A DNA stretch of 32,469 bases from the NCBI RefSeq assembly GCF_001194135.2, contig NC_068982.1:175244357-175276825 (forward strand), given 5' to 3'. The notes below the pieces were generated by a model. The model searched no databases. It had not been told where the DNA came from and saw nothing but the letters and a program-made list of their open reading frames with translations. Numbering within the stretch: position 1 is the stretch's first letter; every line of letters begins with the position of its first letter. Positions 21,259-32,416 of this stretch are shown in pieces. The stretch comes from Octopus bimaculoides (lineage: Eukaryota). Made by a program: the position numbers and the translations under genes.

Positions 21259-21857
21259 NNNNNNNNNNNNNNNNNNNNNNNNNNNNNNNNNNNNNNNNNN
21301 NNNNNNNNNNNNNNNNNNNNNNNNNNNNNNNNNNNNNNNNNNNNNNNNNNNNNNNNNNNNNNNNNNNNNNNNNNNNNNNNNNNNNNNNNNNNNNNNNNNN
21401 NNNNNNNNNNNNNNNNNNNNNNNNNNNNNNNNNNNNNNNNNNNNNNNNNNNNNNNNNNNNNNNNNNNNNNNNNNNNNNNNNNNNNNNNNNNNNNNNNNNN
21501 NNNNNNNNNNNNNNNNNNNNNNNNNNNNNNNNNNNNNNNNNNNNNNNNNNNNNNNNNNNNNNNNNNNNNNNNNNNNNNNNNNNNNNNNNNNNNNNNNNNN
21601 NNNNNNNNNNNNNNNNNNNNNNNNNNNNNNNNNNNNNNNNNNNNNNNNNNNNNNNNNNNNNNNNNNNNNNNNNNNNNNNNNNNNNNNNNNNNNNNNNNNN
21701 NNNNNNNNNNNNNNNNNNNNNNNNNNNNNNNNNNNNNNNNNNNNNNNNNNNNNNNNNNNNNNNNNNNNNNNNNNNNNNNNNNNNNNNNNNNNNNNNNNNN
21801 NNNNNNNNNNNNNNNNNNNNNNNNNNNNNNNNNNNNNNNNNNNNNNNNNNNNNNNNN

Positions 21858-21920
<63 letters not shown>

Positions 21921-22059
21921 CCGCCCGCCCGCACGCACGCACGCACATGTTTATATGCCTGAAAACAAGGTTGTTGAAGAAGGCACTGAAACTTTAATAA
22001 CAATATTGGCAATAATGGCCGCCAACATGATTCTCCATCTTCAATAAAACGTGAGAGTT

Positions 22060-22471
22060 TGGGTGGTGATGACAGAGATGACGAGAATGTCATAGAGTAA
22101 CGGTAATTATGAAAACAACTAGAATGGCGAGGACGAAAACGATGACGGCGGCGACAGTCATCATCAGCATCATCGTCGTCGTCGTCGTCATCGTCATCAT
22201 CATCATCATCATCATCATCATCGTTGTTGTTGTCGTCTTCGTCGTCGACGTTGTGCCCGTTGTCGTTATCAGTTTCTTCATGGTAGCCATGATGATGATG
22301 ATGATGATGATGAATATGGTGATGACGGTGGTGATGATGATGATGATGATGATGACGACGACGATGACGACGATGATGTAGGGTAAATACAGACGATGAT
22401 GTTGACGATGCTGATAGTGGTGGCATTGATCGTGAATCTGATAAAGATGATGATGAATGAATGACGATGAT

Positions 22472-22516
<45 letters not shown>

Positions 22517-22640
22517 GGCGACGACCACGACGGTGATGATGATGTTGATGATGATAAAAGTGACGATGATGATGATGGTGGTGGTGGTGGTGGTGGTGGT
22601 GGTTATAATGATGATAATGATGGTGACGATGAAGATAAAA
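22060..22640. repeat. Mosaic trinucleotide low-complexity array (CAT/CGT blocks alternating with GAT/GAC/GGT blocks)
   Basis: Directly visible; it explains the poly-H/D/M/I ORFs in the track. Confidence 0.95.
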
Positions 22641-22849
22641 CTCGAAAATTATGAATACATTTCAGCATAACGCTCGCACATTGCATATTAAAATTTCAAC
22701 AAAGCCAACAAAGTACGCGACAAGCAACGACAGTAAAGGCTTAAGCGTCAATAAGCGTCGATATCATCGCCATAACTATTATCATGATCGCTGGTAATAA
22801 TCAGTGTGTTGATGATAGAAGCTCTGTCAACCTCGATGATCACACCACC

Positions 22850-22864
22850 GTCAGCAGCGGCGGT

Positions 22865-22899
<35 letters not shown>

Positions 22900-23276
22900 T
22901 AGTAGCGATAGCAACAGCAACAACAACAACAACAGCAGCAACAACAGCAACAGAAGAAATTGAATTATATCATCATAAGCTGTAATCAACGCTGCATTTG
23001 CACGGCCAGAACGAACACAAACGACGTAATCCCCATTACCACCACCACCACCAACACTAACAACAACAACAACAACAGCAACGGTCCCTCACTAGCAGCA
23101 GCAGCAGTAGCAACGCCCTCACCACCACCACCACCATTAACATCACCATCGTCACACTACCATCACCGCCACCACGACCACAACCACAACGACGACGACG
23201 ACGACCACCACCACTGTCGTCGATGTCGCCGTCGCCGCTGCTGCTGCTGCTGCTTCTGCTGCTTCTGCTGCTGCTG

Positions 23277-23307
<31 letters not shown>

Positions 23308-23310
23308 AAG
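22850..23310. repeat. Mosaic trinucleotide array (GCA, CAA, CAC, GAC, GTC, GCT, ACT blocks)
   Basis: Directly visible. Confidence 0.95.
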
Positions 23311-24017
23311 AACAACGAGTAGATACAAGACATTCTTGATTTTCTTAATTCATATGATTTTGCGATTAAGTATCATAGCTCGGAGAATTTTACGTCCATA
23401 TTTCAGATTCGGCTCTTTCTAAATTTTCAGATATTGAGCAATCTGATTGGTCTAAAAATATTCTCTCCCATCTTGTTGTCGTCTGCTTTATCATTCGTTT
23501 TATTCACGTCGGAATTAGAATAGAACACGATCTGATTTAATTCGATTTAATTTATTATTGTTCAGATGTAAGATTGGTTTTATTTTCAGAGAACTTTCAA
23601 ACAATAGTTCACTGAGATATGTCTACCAATCAACCCGCCATTAACTCATTAATATTTGTATGCATAACTGTATGTATGTATGTATGTATGTATGTATGTA
23701 TGTACGAGTATACGTATGTGTGTATGAGTACACGTATGTGTGATAGCGTGCGTGTATGTGTGTGTCTAACTATCAATCTATCATCTGTATGTATGTACTT
23801 ATGTATGTACTTATGTATGCGTGTATGTAGATATGCATTCATGAGTTTGTGTATTTGTGCTTGTGTGTCCTATTCTCCTTCCCTGTATACTGGTCATTTT
23901 TATTGTCTCTCGTATCTATATCAATCAACTAAGATAGATAAAATGTCATCTTATAACCACTTTTAAGAAGCCGATTTCAAACTGCAAAATGTCGAACAGT
24001 AAAAATCAGTATGATTT

Positions 24018-24048
<31 letters not shown>

Positions 24049-24433
24049 TACATACATACATAGATACATACATACATACANNNNNNNNNNNNNNNNNNNN
24101 NNNNNNNNNNNNNNNNNNNNNNNNNNNNNNNNNNNNNNNNNNNNNNNNNNNNNNNNNNNNNNNNNNNNNNNNNNNNNNNNNNNNNNNNNNNNNNNNNNNN
24201 NNNNNNNNNNNNNNNNNNNNNNNNNNNNNNNNNNNNNNNNNNNNNNNNNNNNNNNNNNNNNNNNNNNNNNNNNNNNNNNNNNNNNNNNNNNNNNNNNNNN
24301 NNNNNNNNNNNNNNNNNNNNNNNNNNNNNNNNNNNNNNNNNNNNNNNNNNNNNNNNNNNNNNNNNNNNNNNNNNNNNNNNNNNNNNNNNNNNNNNNNNNN
24401 NNNNNNNNNNNNNNNNNNNNNNNNNNNNNNNNN

Positions 24434-24500
<67 letters not shown>

Positions 24501-24504
24501 CATG

Positions 24505-24745
24505 CTTGTAGTTCCCAGGTGCTGTGTCACTTCCCTCGCCTCCTTTTCTACCGGCATCATTATGACCTCAGCTCCTTGTAGCTGGCTGGACTAATTCCAT
24601 TCTTACTCAGGCATTCCCAATTCACCCATTTCCTCTCCTCTCATCATCCACTGTTTTGCACTGTTCACCGACACCCAGTCTTTTCATCATAAAACATTTG
24701 CCTCCAACAATCCACTCTGTGCTCATGTCTTTCCAGCTTAGATAT
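24505..24745 (-). pseudogene. Decayed 3' end of an RTE-like LINE
   Basis: Frameshifted, ordered fragments KLERHE / MKRLGVGEQCKTVDDERR / VRME / KRRRGK*HSTWE resemble the RTE C-terminus KLER.E / REKLG..I...ERRLRW.GHV.RM / RGRGRPRKTW. Confidence 0.45.
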
Positions 24746-25121
24746 CTCTAAAAGGAAATCGATGGAATCAGTCACATCAGTCTAAGATTGACTGCAAAGA
24801 CTATGGTCACTACTCCTTTCTCTAGACACAAGTAAAAAATAACCGCTGACGTCATCTGCCATCTGTTTCATATCAGATGACTCCTGTTTATAATTCTAGG
24901 AAAATGTTGTTAGGTCAAAAATAGTTTGATTCTTTTATTTAAGGTTGGCGTAGAATCTTGACGTTTCTCTGTACGACAAACTAACAGTCCTTTTACGTAT
25001 TACTAACACTTCTACATTATTTAACATTATCCATGTAATAATATGGTCTTCTCTTTATCTTTGTACTACCAAATATGTGTTGCGCTTGTACAACAGTAGT
25101 TTTATGTAGTTTACTGACAAT

Positions 25122-25450
25122 GTGTTGCTGGGAGACCACGGTTCCAGTTTCAGTCCCACCGCGTGGCATCTAGGGCAAGTGTCTTCTACTAAAGCTTCGG
25201 GCCGACCAATGGCATGTGAGTGGATTTGATAAACGGAAACTAAAAGAAGCCCGTCGCATATCTATCTATCTATCTATCTATCTATCTACACACAACCCCA
25301 ATTGATCGGCCTTTCTTTTTCTTTTTTTTTTCACGATCCCTTTTGATCGAAATTCGACCCACTTTTTTTCTCTTCTTCCCAAAAAGAAAAGCTCTACTTT
25401 GTATTTTGTCCACTCTGTGTTCAGCCCTGTGTGGCCAATAAAGAAACATA
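25122..25450 (+). mobile_element. SINE family C head, internal (TCTA)n and a tail shared with an A subfamily
   Basis: GTTTCAGTCCCACCGCGTGGCATCTAGGGCAAGTGTC...GAAGCCCGTCG, then (TCTA)n at 25260-25288, then GTTCAGCCCTGTGTGGCCAATAAAGAAACATA, which matches the reverse complement of 16306-16340. Confidence 0.75.
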
Positions 25451-25908
25451 TCTATCTATATATCTATCTATCAATGATTGAGAGTGCCACTGTAAGTTAT
25501 ACTTATAAATTTTTAATCTGCACTGTATATATTTAGACGAATATAAACATCAGTCTACAACGATTATGTCTATAATGACAATGTGTTTGCATCTGTCTGC
25601 TCATACAGTAGTGCCTAGAAATTTATAAATATAGTCTGCAGTACAGGATAAAATATACTATTCAAGCTTTTATTAGAATAAAGACAACTCTATCAATATA
25701 GATTTGATATAATGGCAATGGTTTTCAGAAATTTCTTGGGTTTTTTTGTACTACAAATGCCTTGCAGTGCTTATTTATTTTTCTTTATTTCTGAGTCAAA
25801 AATCCCGAACAGGTCAAGTTTAGTTTCCATCGTTCAGGGCTTCATAATATGAAATGTTTTCAGAAATTTACTGATGTGTTTGTATGAAACAGAGAAAGAA
25901 ATAATATG

Positions 25909-25950
<42 letters not shown>

Positions 25951-25996
25951 CGTCTATCTATCTATCTATCTGTCTGTCTGTCTGTCTGGTTATATA

Positions 25997-26039
<43 letters not shown>

Positions 26040-26114
26040 ATATGAATTATTAATTATCAAGAAGGATTTTGTATACAATGATTATACATGTAACTCTATG
26101 TATATAATACTGGA

Positions 26115-26324
26115 TTCAAATTTTGGCACAAGGCCACTAATTTCGGGGCCAGAAATAATTCGATTACATCAACCTCAGCGCGCAACTGGTACTTATTTTA
26201 TCGGCTCCGAATTGATGAAAGGTAAAGTTGGCCTCGGTGTGATTTGAACTCAGAACGTAAGGACGGACGAAATACCGCCAAACATTTTGCCTGGTGTGCT
26301 AACGATTCTGTCAGCTCGCTGCTT
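26115..26324 (-). mobile_element. Full-length SINE family A
   Basis: Aligns end to end with 7079-7291. Confidence 0.9.
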
Positions 26325-26410
26325 TTACCAATTCACTAATATTAACTGCAACATTATAAACAAAAGCAGTTGTCAGTTTTGATAAAGAAATTAATGATCA
26401 GCGAACAATC

Positions 26411-26525
26411 CAAGTCAACAGAACATTGAGCAGTAGCCATGATATTGGCCTTTTGATACTCGGCGTGAATCGTCATGATACAGGTAACTCTTTTCTTAAT
26501 ATTCAGATGGCTTCCAGTCCTTCAT
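26411..26525 (-). pseudogene. Possible N-terminus of a DD37D-like (maT) Tc1/mariner transposase, relic
   Basis: MKDWKPSEY, a frameshift, then KKRVTCIMTIHAEYQKANIMATAQCSVD. It resembles, from memory only, the N-termini of maT-like transposases. Short, and no TIR was found. Confidence 0.4.
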
Positions 26526-27214
26526 GTCAGCTAGATCTTTTTCACCAACAGCTCTGATCTTTATGCTCTGTAATGCCGTTGACTGTTCACCCTCCAATGT
26601 ATCAAGCTGTTATAAAACTTCAATGAGAAGGAGGCCAAAATCTATTGGACAACATGCTTAATTGGGAGGAGGTCGAGTCCTCCAGTTCAACAGAAGAAAT
26701 TTGACCATGTACTTGCATTTGTCAAAAATTTCGGATCCGGTATTAAGTTGTGTGATGGGATTCTTGCATCTAAAATGAATGTGAAAAGCTTCCGGCCACA
26801 TATGGTGTGAATTTAAGATTCCATATATGGTTAACCAACTTTATGACTATTTTTTTTTCCAAGTGTCGGAAAGAAGACTGGTCGTATGCTTATCTTCGTT
26901 TAAAATTGCCTGCATACAAACAATGTTTCTTCTGTATTTCGTTATTTTGGAGTACAGCATGACTGATGGAGTAATCAAGCTTCAGAGTCTCGGCAGAAGT
27001 AGGCTCTTGGTGTGGCTTGTGAGTGATAATGTCCTCATACTGGGGCAGCTGCGGTATGAAATTTTGATCAAACGTCTTTTAATAGACGTTACAGATTTAA
27101 TAGCACCTCCATTGTAGGTTTTCAATTGGCCAATCATTGATTCACTCATTTACAATGATTTGAATGAGAAGGAAATGTTACACACACACACACACACACA
27201 CACAAACGCACATG

Positions 27215-27264
<50 letters not shown>

Positions 27265-27799
27265 CATGTGTTATATATATATATAGGTATGACGGTCATC
27301 TTGAGGATCTTGAGCATTACAATTCCCGCTGCACCAATGCGTAAAACTTTCTCGAAAGCCTGTTACGGTTTCAAATGCTTCCGAGGTGTGTTGTATACAT
27401 TGATTGCGAGTAATACAAAATAACTGTTCAGAACTTGCCACGATCTAGACAGTTTGTCTACTTACATAGTAACAATGACGACCGAAGCTAACTTTTTAAG
27501 CATTAATTCAAAATTGCATTTTTGTTTTGACCCTAACAAGTAGCCAGTATTCGAAGATACTTCCTACAATTAACTAATATAATTTGCGATATCTGAAAGA
27601 CATTGTGTTGCTTTGAATCGACGTGTATGAAAACATATTCCTACGTAGTTTCATTTTTCGTTTGGGTATATTATTTTTTCATATAACCTTTAGTACTAAT
27701 TGCATTTAGTTTTCCGTAAAACTTATTTCCTTTTTATGTAACTCGTAGCTCATTCAGCCGATATCAAAATAATTTGTTAAAAGAAAACAAATTATTTTA

Positions 27800-27827
27800 T
27801 TATTAGTAACATTATTGTTGTTGTCGC

Positions 27828-27900
<73 letters not shown>

Positions 27901-27990
27901 GTTGTTGTTGTTGTTGTTATTTTTATTTTTATTATTATCATCATCATCATCATAATCATAATCAACGTCATCACCATCCTCACCCTTATT
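27800..27990. repeat. (ATT)n/(GTT)n/(ATC)n compound microsatellite
   Basis: Directly visible. Confidence 0.95.
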
Positions 27991-28393
27991 ATTATATTTT
28001 GCTTTTACATTGAACGAAAATGGCATTTTCTAGCTTCAGTGGTTTCTGAGCTACCAGAGTGCACATCCAAGAAACCAGTCAAGCAAGCAAACAGGATGAA
28101 TCAAATGCATCTACTTCTATTTGGATATGTTTTATGGTGGGAATGATATAGAAGTGGGATACATTAAATTGGAATAGTGCGTAAAAAATGAAAGTAAATG
28201 AAGAGGAACATATAGTTAGGGTTGATAGAACATTTATGGTGCCAGAGATGTGAAGAGAAACCTACTGCAAGTGATTTCATGGCATGAGAGATACGAGTCT
28301 GATCTTTTTTGTAATGTGTTAGGTTCAAAGTTATGAAAATAGTGAACCAAACTGATAAGTTTACAACTTTTAGTTGCACGAATAAATGAAGAA

Positions 28394-28538
28394 GCTTCTA
28401 TGCGATCTCTTCAACTGCTAAAAATAGCAGCCAGATGTCTCTCAAATCATATCCTACCGCCTTAAAAATGGACGCTTTGCATCGTGTAGTCCTTCAAATG
28501 GTATGTTTGTATCAGTTCTATTATGTCTGACCTAAGGT

Positions 28539-28586
<48 letters not shown>

Positions 28587-28590
28587 GCAA
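28394..28590 (+). mobile_element. SINE family D with long (CAA)n tail
   Basis: The body aligns to 13851-13914 and to the reverse complement of 12888-13070. It ends CTGACCTAAGGTTAAAC followed by (AAC)n at 28541-28590. Confidence 0.7.
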
Positions 28591-28599
28591 CTTTTGAGT

Positions 28600-28642
28600 G
28601 AATGAAGCTGTTTCGGAATTCGGCTATTGCTCGTCTGCATCC
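28600..28642 (-). ncRNA. Degenerate hammerhead-like motif
   Basis: Minus strand GGAUG CAGACGA GCAAU-AGCCGA-AUUCC GAAA CAGCUU CAUUC. Stem I has 5 bp and stem II 4/5 bp, but U4 is replaced by A and stem III is broken. Confidence 0.4.
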
Positions 28643-29049
28643 TCTTTCGTCTGATAAAAGTCTACTAAGATAATGTTTTTAATTTTAGTGATTTTCAAAC
28701 CAAACCTTTCGATTCACATAATAATACCTGTTGTATACCACCAGGAAATTCTGATTCAGTAGATCTTTGCAGCGTAAATAACTAGTCAAACGACTAACCT
28801 ATTTACAAGGCATTCCCTTCAAAAAGTAAGAGCAACAAGTCAACCACGATACCTGGCTTACTAGACCGAAAGTAAGCCAAAATGAATTCCTGTGAATTCT
28901 ACATAATATTCATGTATCCAGAATATCTTTAATTTCTTCCTGCAGTTTGAAGGAGCAGGTTACAACTTTAACTCAAGGCAGCCAACGTATCTTAAAGCAG
29001 AAAACGAAACTTCACTTCTCAGAGCTTCATAAAATAATTTGATGGGTTG

Positions 29050-29345
29050 GTTCAAAGTACGTCTTCTGAAATAATTGATCTTTACACAAATTTCAAGGAT
29101 GTTTCATCAATTGGTAGCAATGCCTTTAATGCAAAAATCTTGTCGTCGAAGAAAACAGTTGCTAACTTTCAGGTTTTTTGGTTCGTCGGAGCAGAAAAGT
29201 CAAATTTATTTTCATGCGTTGCAGGTGCCCTACTAATACACAGAGAATCGATGACTTTGAGAACTAATTTGTTTGGAAAAGAAGTCTTTCACCAGCTACA
29301 TGACATTCTTTGCAGTTGTGCTCATTTTCAGATCTTTCTTCATTG
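29050..29345 (+). pseudogene. Possible hAT transposase relic
   Basis: The ORF contains TSSEII and LIHRESMTLRT...QLHDIL, reminiscent of the hAT C..H region (C.IHRE.L); the Cys and the catalytic Asp are not recognisable. Confidence 0.3.
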
Positions 29346-29369
29346 ACATACACTTCATTGATATACAGG

Positions 29370-29404
29370 ATTTCACGTTTCGAGCGGAGCTCTTCATCAG
29401 AAAT
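29370..29404 (-). ncRNA. Minimal PLE-type hammerhead motif with a non-canonical cleavage triplet (GUG)
   Basis: Minus strand AUUU CUGAUGA-A-GAGC-UCC-GCUC GAA-ACGU-G AAAU. Stem I has 4 bp, stem II 4 bp, stem III is the palindrome ACGU, there is one extra A after A9, and H17 is G. A pyrimidine-rich tract lies upstream (29405-29455). Confidence 0.7.
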
Positions 29405-29468
29405 ATAGAAAAAGTCCAAAGAAGGGAAGACGGAGAAAGAAAATCGCCAACGATACACACGCGGTCAC

Positions 29469-29499
<31 letters not shown>

Positions 29500-29744
29500 T
29501 GTATGTATGTATGTATGTACAGAGGGCTCTATGAACAGTGTTTGTGTGTTTGACCCCGAATTCGAATGATGACCTACTCCAAACCTCTTGTTTATCACAA
29601 TATATAACCTGTGAATTTCATTTATTCTTTTTTGCTGACCATAGAATTTTTCAAAATTGGTTTCATAAACAAGTAAATTAGTTTTCCTTTCTCTTGCAAC
29701 AATTACTCCTTTATCAGATTAAAATAAAGGCAATAGAATCCTGT

Positions 29745-29995
29745 CTAATTGCGATTTGGGTTAATTTGAGAAAGAGGGAATGATTGTTTGCAAAATTCCC
29801 TGAGTATTCTTTGTATTGTTGTGATTTCCAACTCAAATCTGAAGACAGTTAATCTTCAAAAAGAAGCATTCTTGGGCTGATTTTGAATTACATAATCGAT
29901 AAACCAAAGGTAATTTTTTAATTATTTCTCGGGAAATTCTTTCAAATCGGGTTTCATTTTTGTCGAGAAGCTGCAATTTTTTGCTTCATACCAAG
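29745..29995 (-). pseudogene. Possible pogo/Tigger-type N-terminal HTH relic
   Basis: One frame with stops: KKLQLLDK...IDYVIQNQPKNASF*RLTVFRFELEITTIQRILRE. Only a weak resemblance to HTH_psq/CENP-B N-termini. Confidence 0.25.
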
Positions 29996-30700
29996 TGGCA
30001 TACATTCAGTCTCCTAATCCGTGTTCAGCAAAAGAAGCAAAATAGAGCCATCGTAGGCCGTTAGCGTGGCTTCTGCCAAAGTCGTTCGGTTAAGTGTGAC
30101 TATTTGCCTCTCTTACTCATTCAGGCACGCTTTCTCTCTTTCTGCCTTTGACAAACATTGACATTTTCTTAAGATTAATATACAACGGTCATACATACGC
30201 ACATAGTTTTCCACTCACCCAAGAGGGCAATATACGCAACAACACACAAACTGTTATTCATACAATCATGATCAATAGACATTGACAAAAAAGTTCATTT
30301 TCTGTTTTACTTCTCTATCACATATTTCGACTATTCATCTGCAACCGCATATTTAATTTGCTAATTTTTTTTTGATAAAGATCATAAATCATAAAACTAA
30401 TTCTGCTTCCATTTTAATGAAGTTAAAAGTCCACCGAAAAAAGTTTTCATCTGCTTTGTTGCAGTTTAGTTAATTGTCTGAAATTATACATGCAAATAAA
30501 TTCAGAAACAGTACTTCAATCACAATCTTATTTGATAAAACATCGTTTTACATCAGTAAATTATACTGCATCTCAAAAGTTAAAACCTGACAGGAAGTAC
30601 AGCAAAAGTTTAGACATTTGATCTTGCAACTGAAGTTTAAGTTTTATATTTTTCAGTGTATGAAATACTTAAAACTGTTTCACTTCAAACTGTAGAGCAA

Positions 30701-30828
30701 GTTTTCGAGATCGACTTTTCCTTTCATTCTTCCCGGGTCGATAAAATAAATACTAGTTGAACACAGAGGTCGATGTAATCGACTTAGTTCCTCCCGTGAA
30801 ATTCTTAGCCTTGTGCCAAAATTTGAAA
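30701..30828 (+). mobile_element. 5'-truncated SINE family A with 14-bp TSD
   Basis: Core and tail GCCTTGTGCCAAAATTTGAA. TSD TCAAACTGTAGAGC (30685-30698) / TCAAACTGGAGAGC (30829-30842), 13/14. Confidence 0.85.
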
Positions 30829-31630
30829 TCAAACTGGAGAGCGAATTAAACAAATACTGAAATAGCTATAGAATTAAACACCCACTCAGTAAAGTCATTA
30901 AAATAATCTATAAAAATTTGTCAAAATGTTAAATCTCTCAGAGCATAATCTTGATGTCCTAAAGCCGTATCACTATGGCTTGTTGATGAAATGAGAATAT
31001 AGCATAATTATAAATTTATTAAACTGTGTATTGTAATTATAGGATTACATATCTCCTAATTATAATGAAAAAAATTTTATACAAAAACTTTGATAGCTCA
31101 ATGGAAATCAAATTTTGTGTAATAACACAGAGCAGTAAGTGAATTTCACTGTTTATATCCATTATGATGTCAAAAGCGAAGATATAGAGAAACAGTTGAA
31201 ACCTTAAGTACACAAAGAAGATCTATTACCACATAATTGTCCTACGATTCTTTTTGTTATTAATATTTGTAATTGATTTTTAAAAATCAATTAGAAATTA
31301 ACAATTTATATTATTTGTTGGCCGGTTTATGAGGTGTCATCCGTCAAATATTTTAATGAACTTTTGAATATCAGAAATACGCTCATACTCGAAGATTCCC
31401 CTTCTTCCTCCATACCACCCCCTTTCCATTGTTCTTAACAGTTTTAGACAATTGCCCACTCTCTAATTTTTGAATTCTTCCTTCTTTTTATTTCATTTTA
31501 TTTTTTCGTACATATGTTTTTATATTTTGTTTACTCTGCACCTCCGGCTTCACCACTCAACTTAATTTATATCTCCGGCGAGTTAACTTGGGATTCCTTA
31601 ACGACAATGCAACCTTCATATAATTAAGGT

Positions 31631-31724
31631 ATCTTCAGCCTGATGAGCAGCTAGTGGAGTACCTCTCGTTGAGTAATTATTACTTCCGAGAATCTGCCAG
31701 CTAGGAAACATATGTAGCCTGGAT
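31631..31724 (+). ncRNA. Type I hammerhead motif with long stem II and a defect at the stem II base
   Basis: UUCAGC CUGAUGA (31640-31646), a 58-nt stem II region, GAAA (31705-31708), palindromic ACAUAUGU, then A/GCCUGGA. The predicted site is GUA at 31716/31717. GCAG (31647-31650) can pair with CUGC (31694-31697), but CAGCUAG intervenes before GAAA. Confidence 0.65.
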
Positions 31725-31799
31725 TTTACCTGCTCCACTCTCTCAATTAGGGTTATATTATATGTGGTTATTTTTATGTATGTATATATGTTCTTTTAC

Positions 31800-32010
31800 T
31801 ATTTTTTCTTTCATTTGTTTCAGTCATTTGACTGCGGCCATGCTGGAGCACCGCTTTGAAGGGTTTTCAATTGAACAAACCGGCCCTGGACTTATTTCTT
31901 AAGCTTAGCATTGGTCTCTTTCGCTGAACGATTAATGTTACGGGTACGTAAGCACACCAATACCGGTTGTCAAACAGTGATGGAGGGACAAACATAGACA
32001 CGAAGATACA
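31800..32010 (-). mobile_element. 3' half of a SINE (recalled as the tail half of family C)
   Basis: CAGTCATTTGACTGCGGCCATGCTGGAGCACCGC...GGAGGGACAAACATAGACAC. Recognised from memory of octopus repeats; there is no second copy in the window. Confidence 0.6.
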
Positions 32011-32012
32011 CT

Positions 32013-32375
32013 CTCATATGTAAGAGAACATCGTTAATGCAGAGCAACGAAAGGAGAAGAGGTACGAGAGATTAAATCGAAGAGTGCAGGGAACAGGGAT
32101 GGACTGTCGAGTATTACCACGAGGCAGTGAGGGCTAGAGGCTTCATTGAAAGGAAAATGGCGACATTATTTAAAAGAAGGTTTGCATTTTCGAGCTCAGA
32201 GCCGGGGAAAGTAATAAGGAAGATACAGGAGGCAGTCAACAAAACCAGCTTCTATATATGGCTGAAATGAGAAGACCCAAAATGGCTCGAAAGGCATAAC
32301 ATACCGACTGGGAAATATCGTCGCTAGGAGAGGCTGGTTGGCACTTAAGCAGCGTTACTAAGAACACTCTACCAT
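32013..32375 (+). mobile_element. 5'-truncated HERO-clade RLE non-LTR retrotransposon, 3' end
   Basis: ENIVNAEQRKEKRYERL, a +1 frameshift at A-run 32074-32076, then IEECREQGWTVEYYHEAVRARGFIERK...IRKIQEAVNKTSFYIWLK*EDPKW. This matches the HERO pattern EEN...A..RK..Y..L...C...GW...VG.RGF...I.EA.E..S.W.W.KR...W. TGA at 32268 is probably CGA. Followed by (TA)n. Confidence 0.85.
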
Positions 32376-32416
32376 ATATGCATATATATATATTTATGTA
32401 TATATATATGTATATA

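Noticed and set aside
739-24560. Long ORFs of 120-471 aa in the track
   Set aside because: They are made of N-runs and di- or trinucleotide repeats. Only the 87 codons at 9850-10113 are real coding sequence (retrotransposon).
26500-26610. Apparent terminal exon LDTLEGEQSTALQSIKIRAVGEKDLADMKDWKPSEY* on the minus strand
   Set aside because: It overlaps the putative transposase start and is more simply read as transposon 5' sequence; no independent support.
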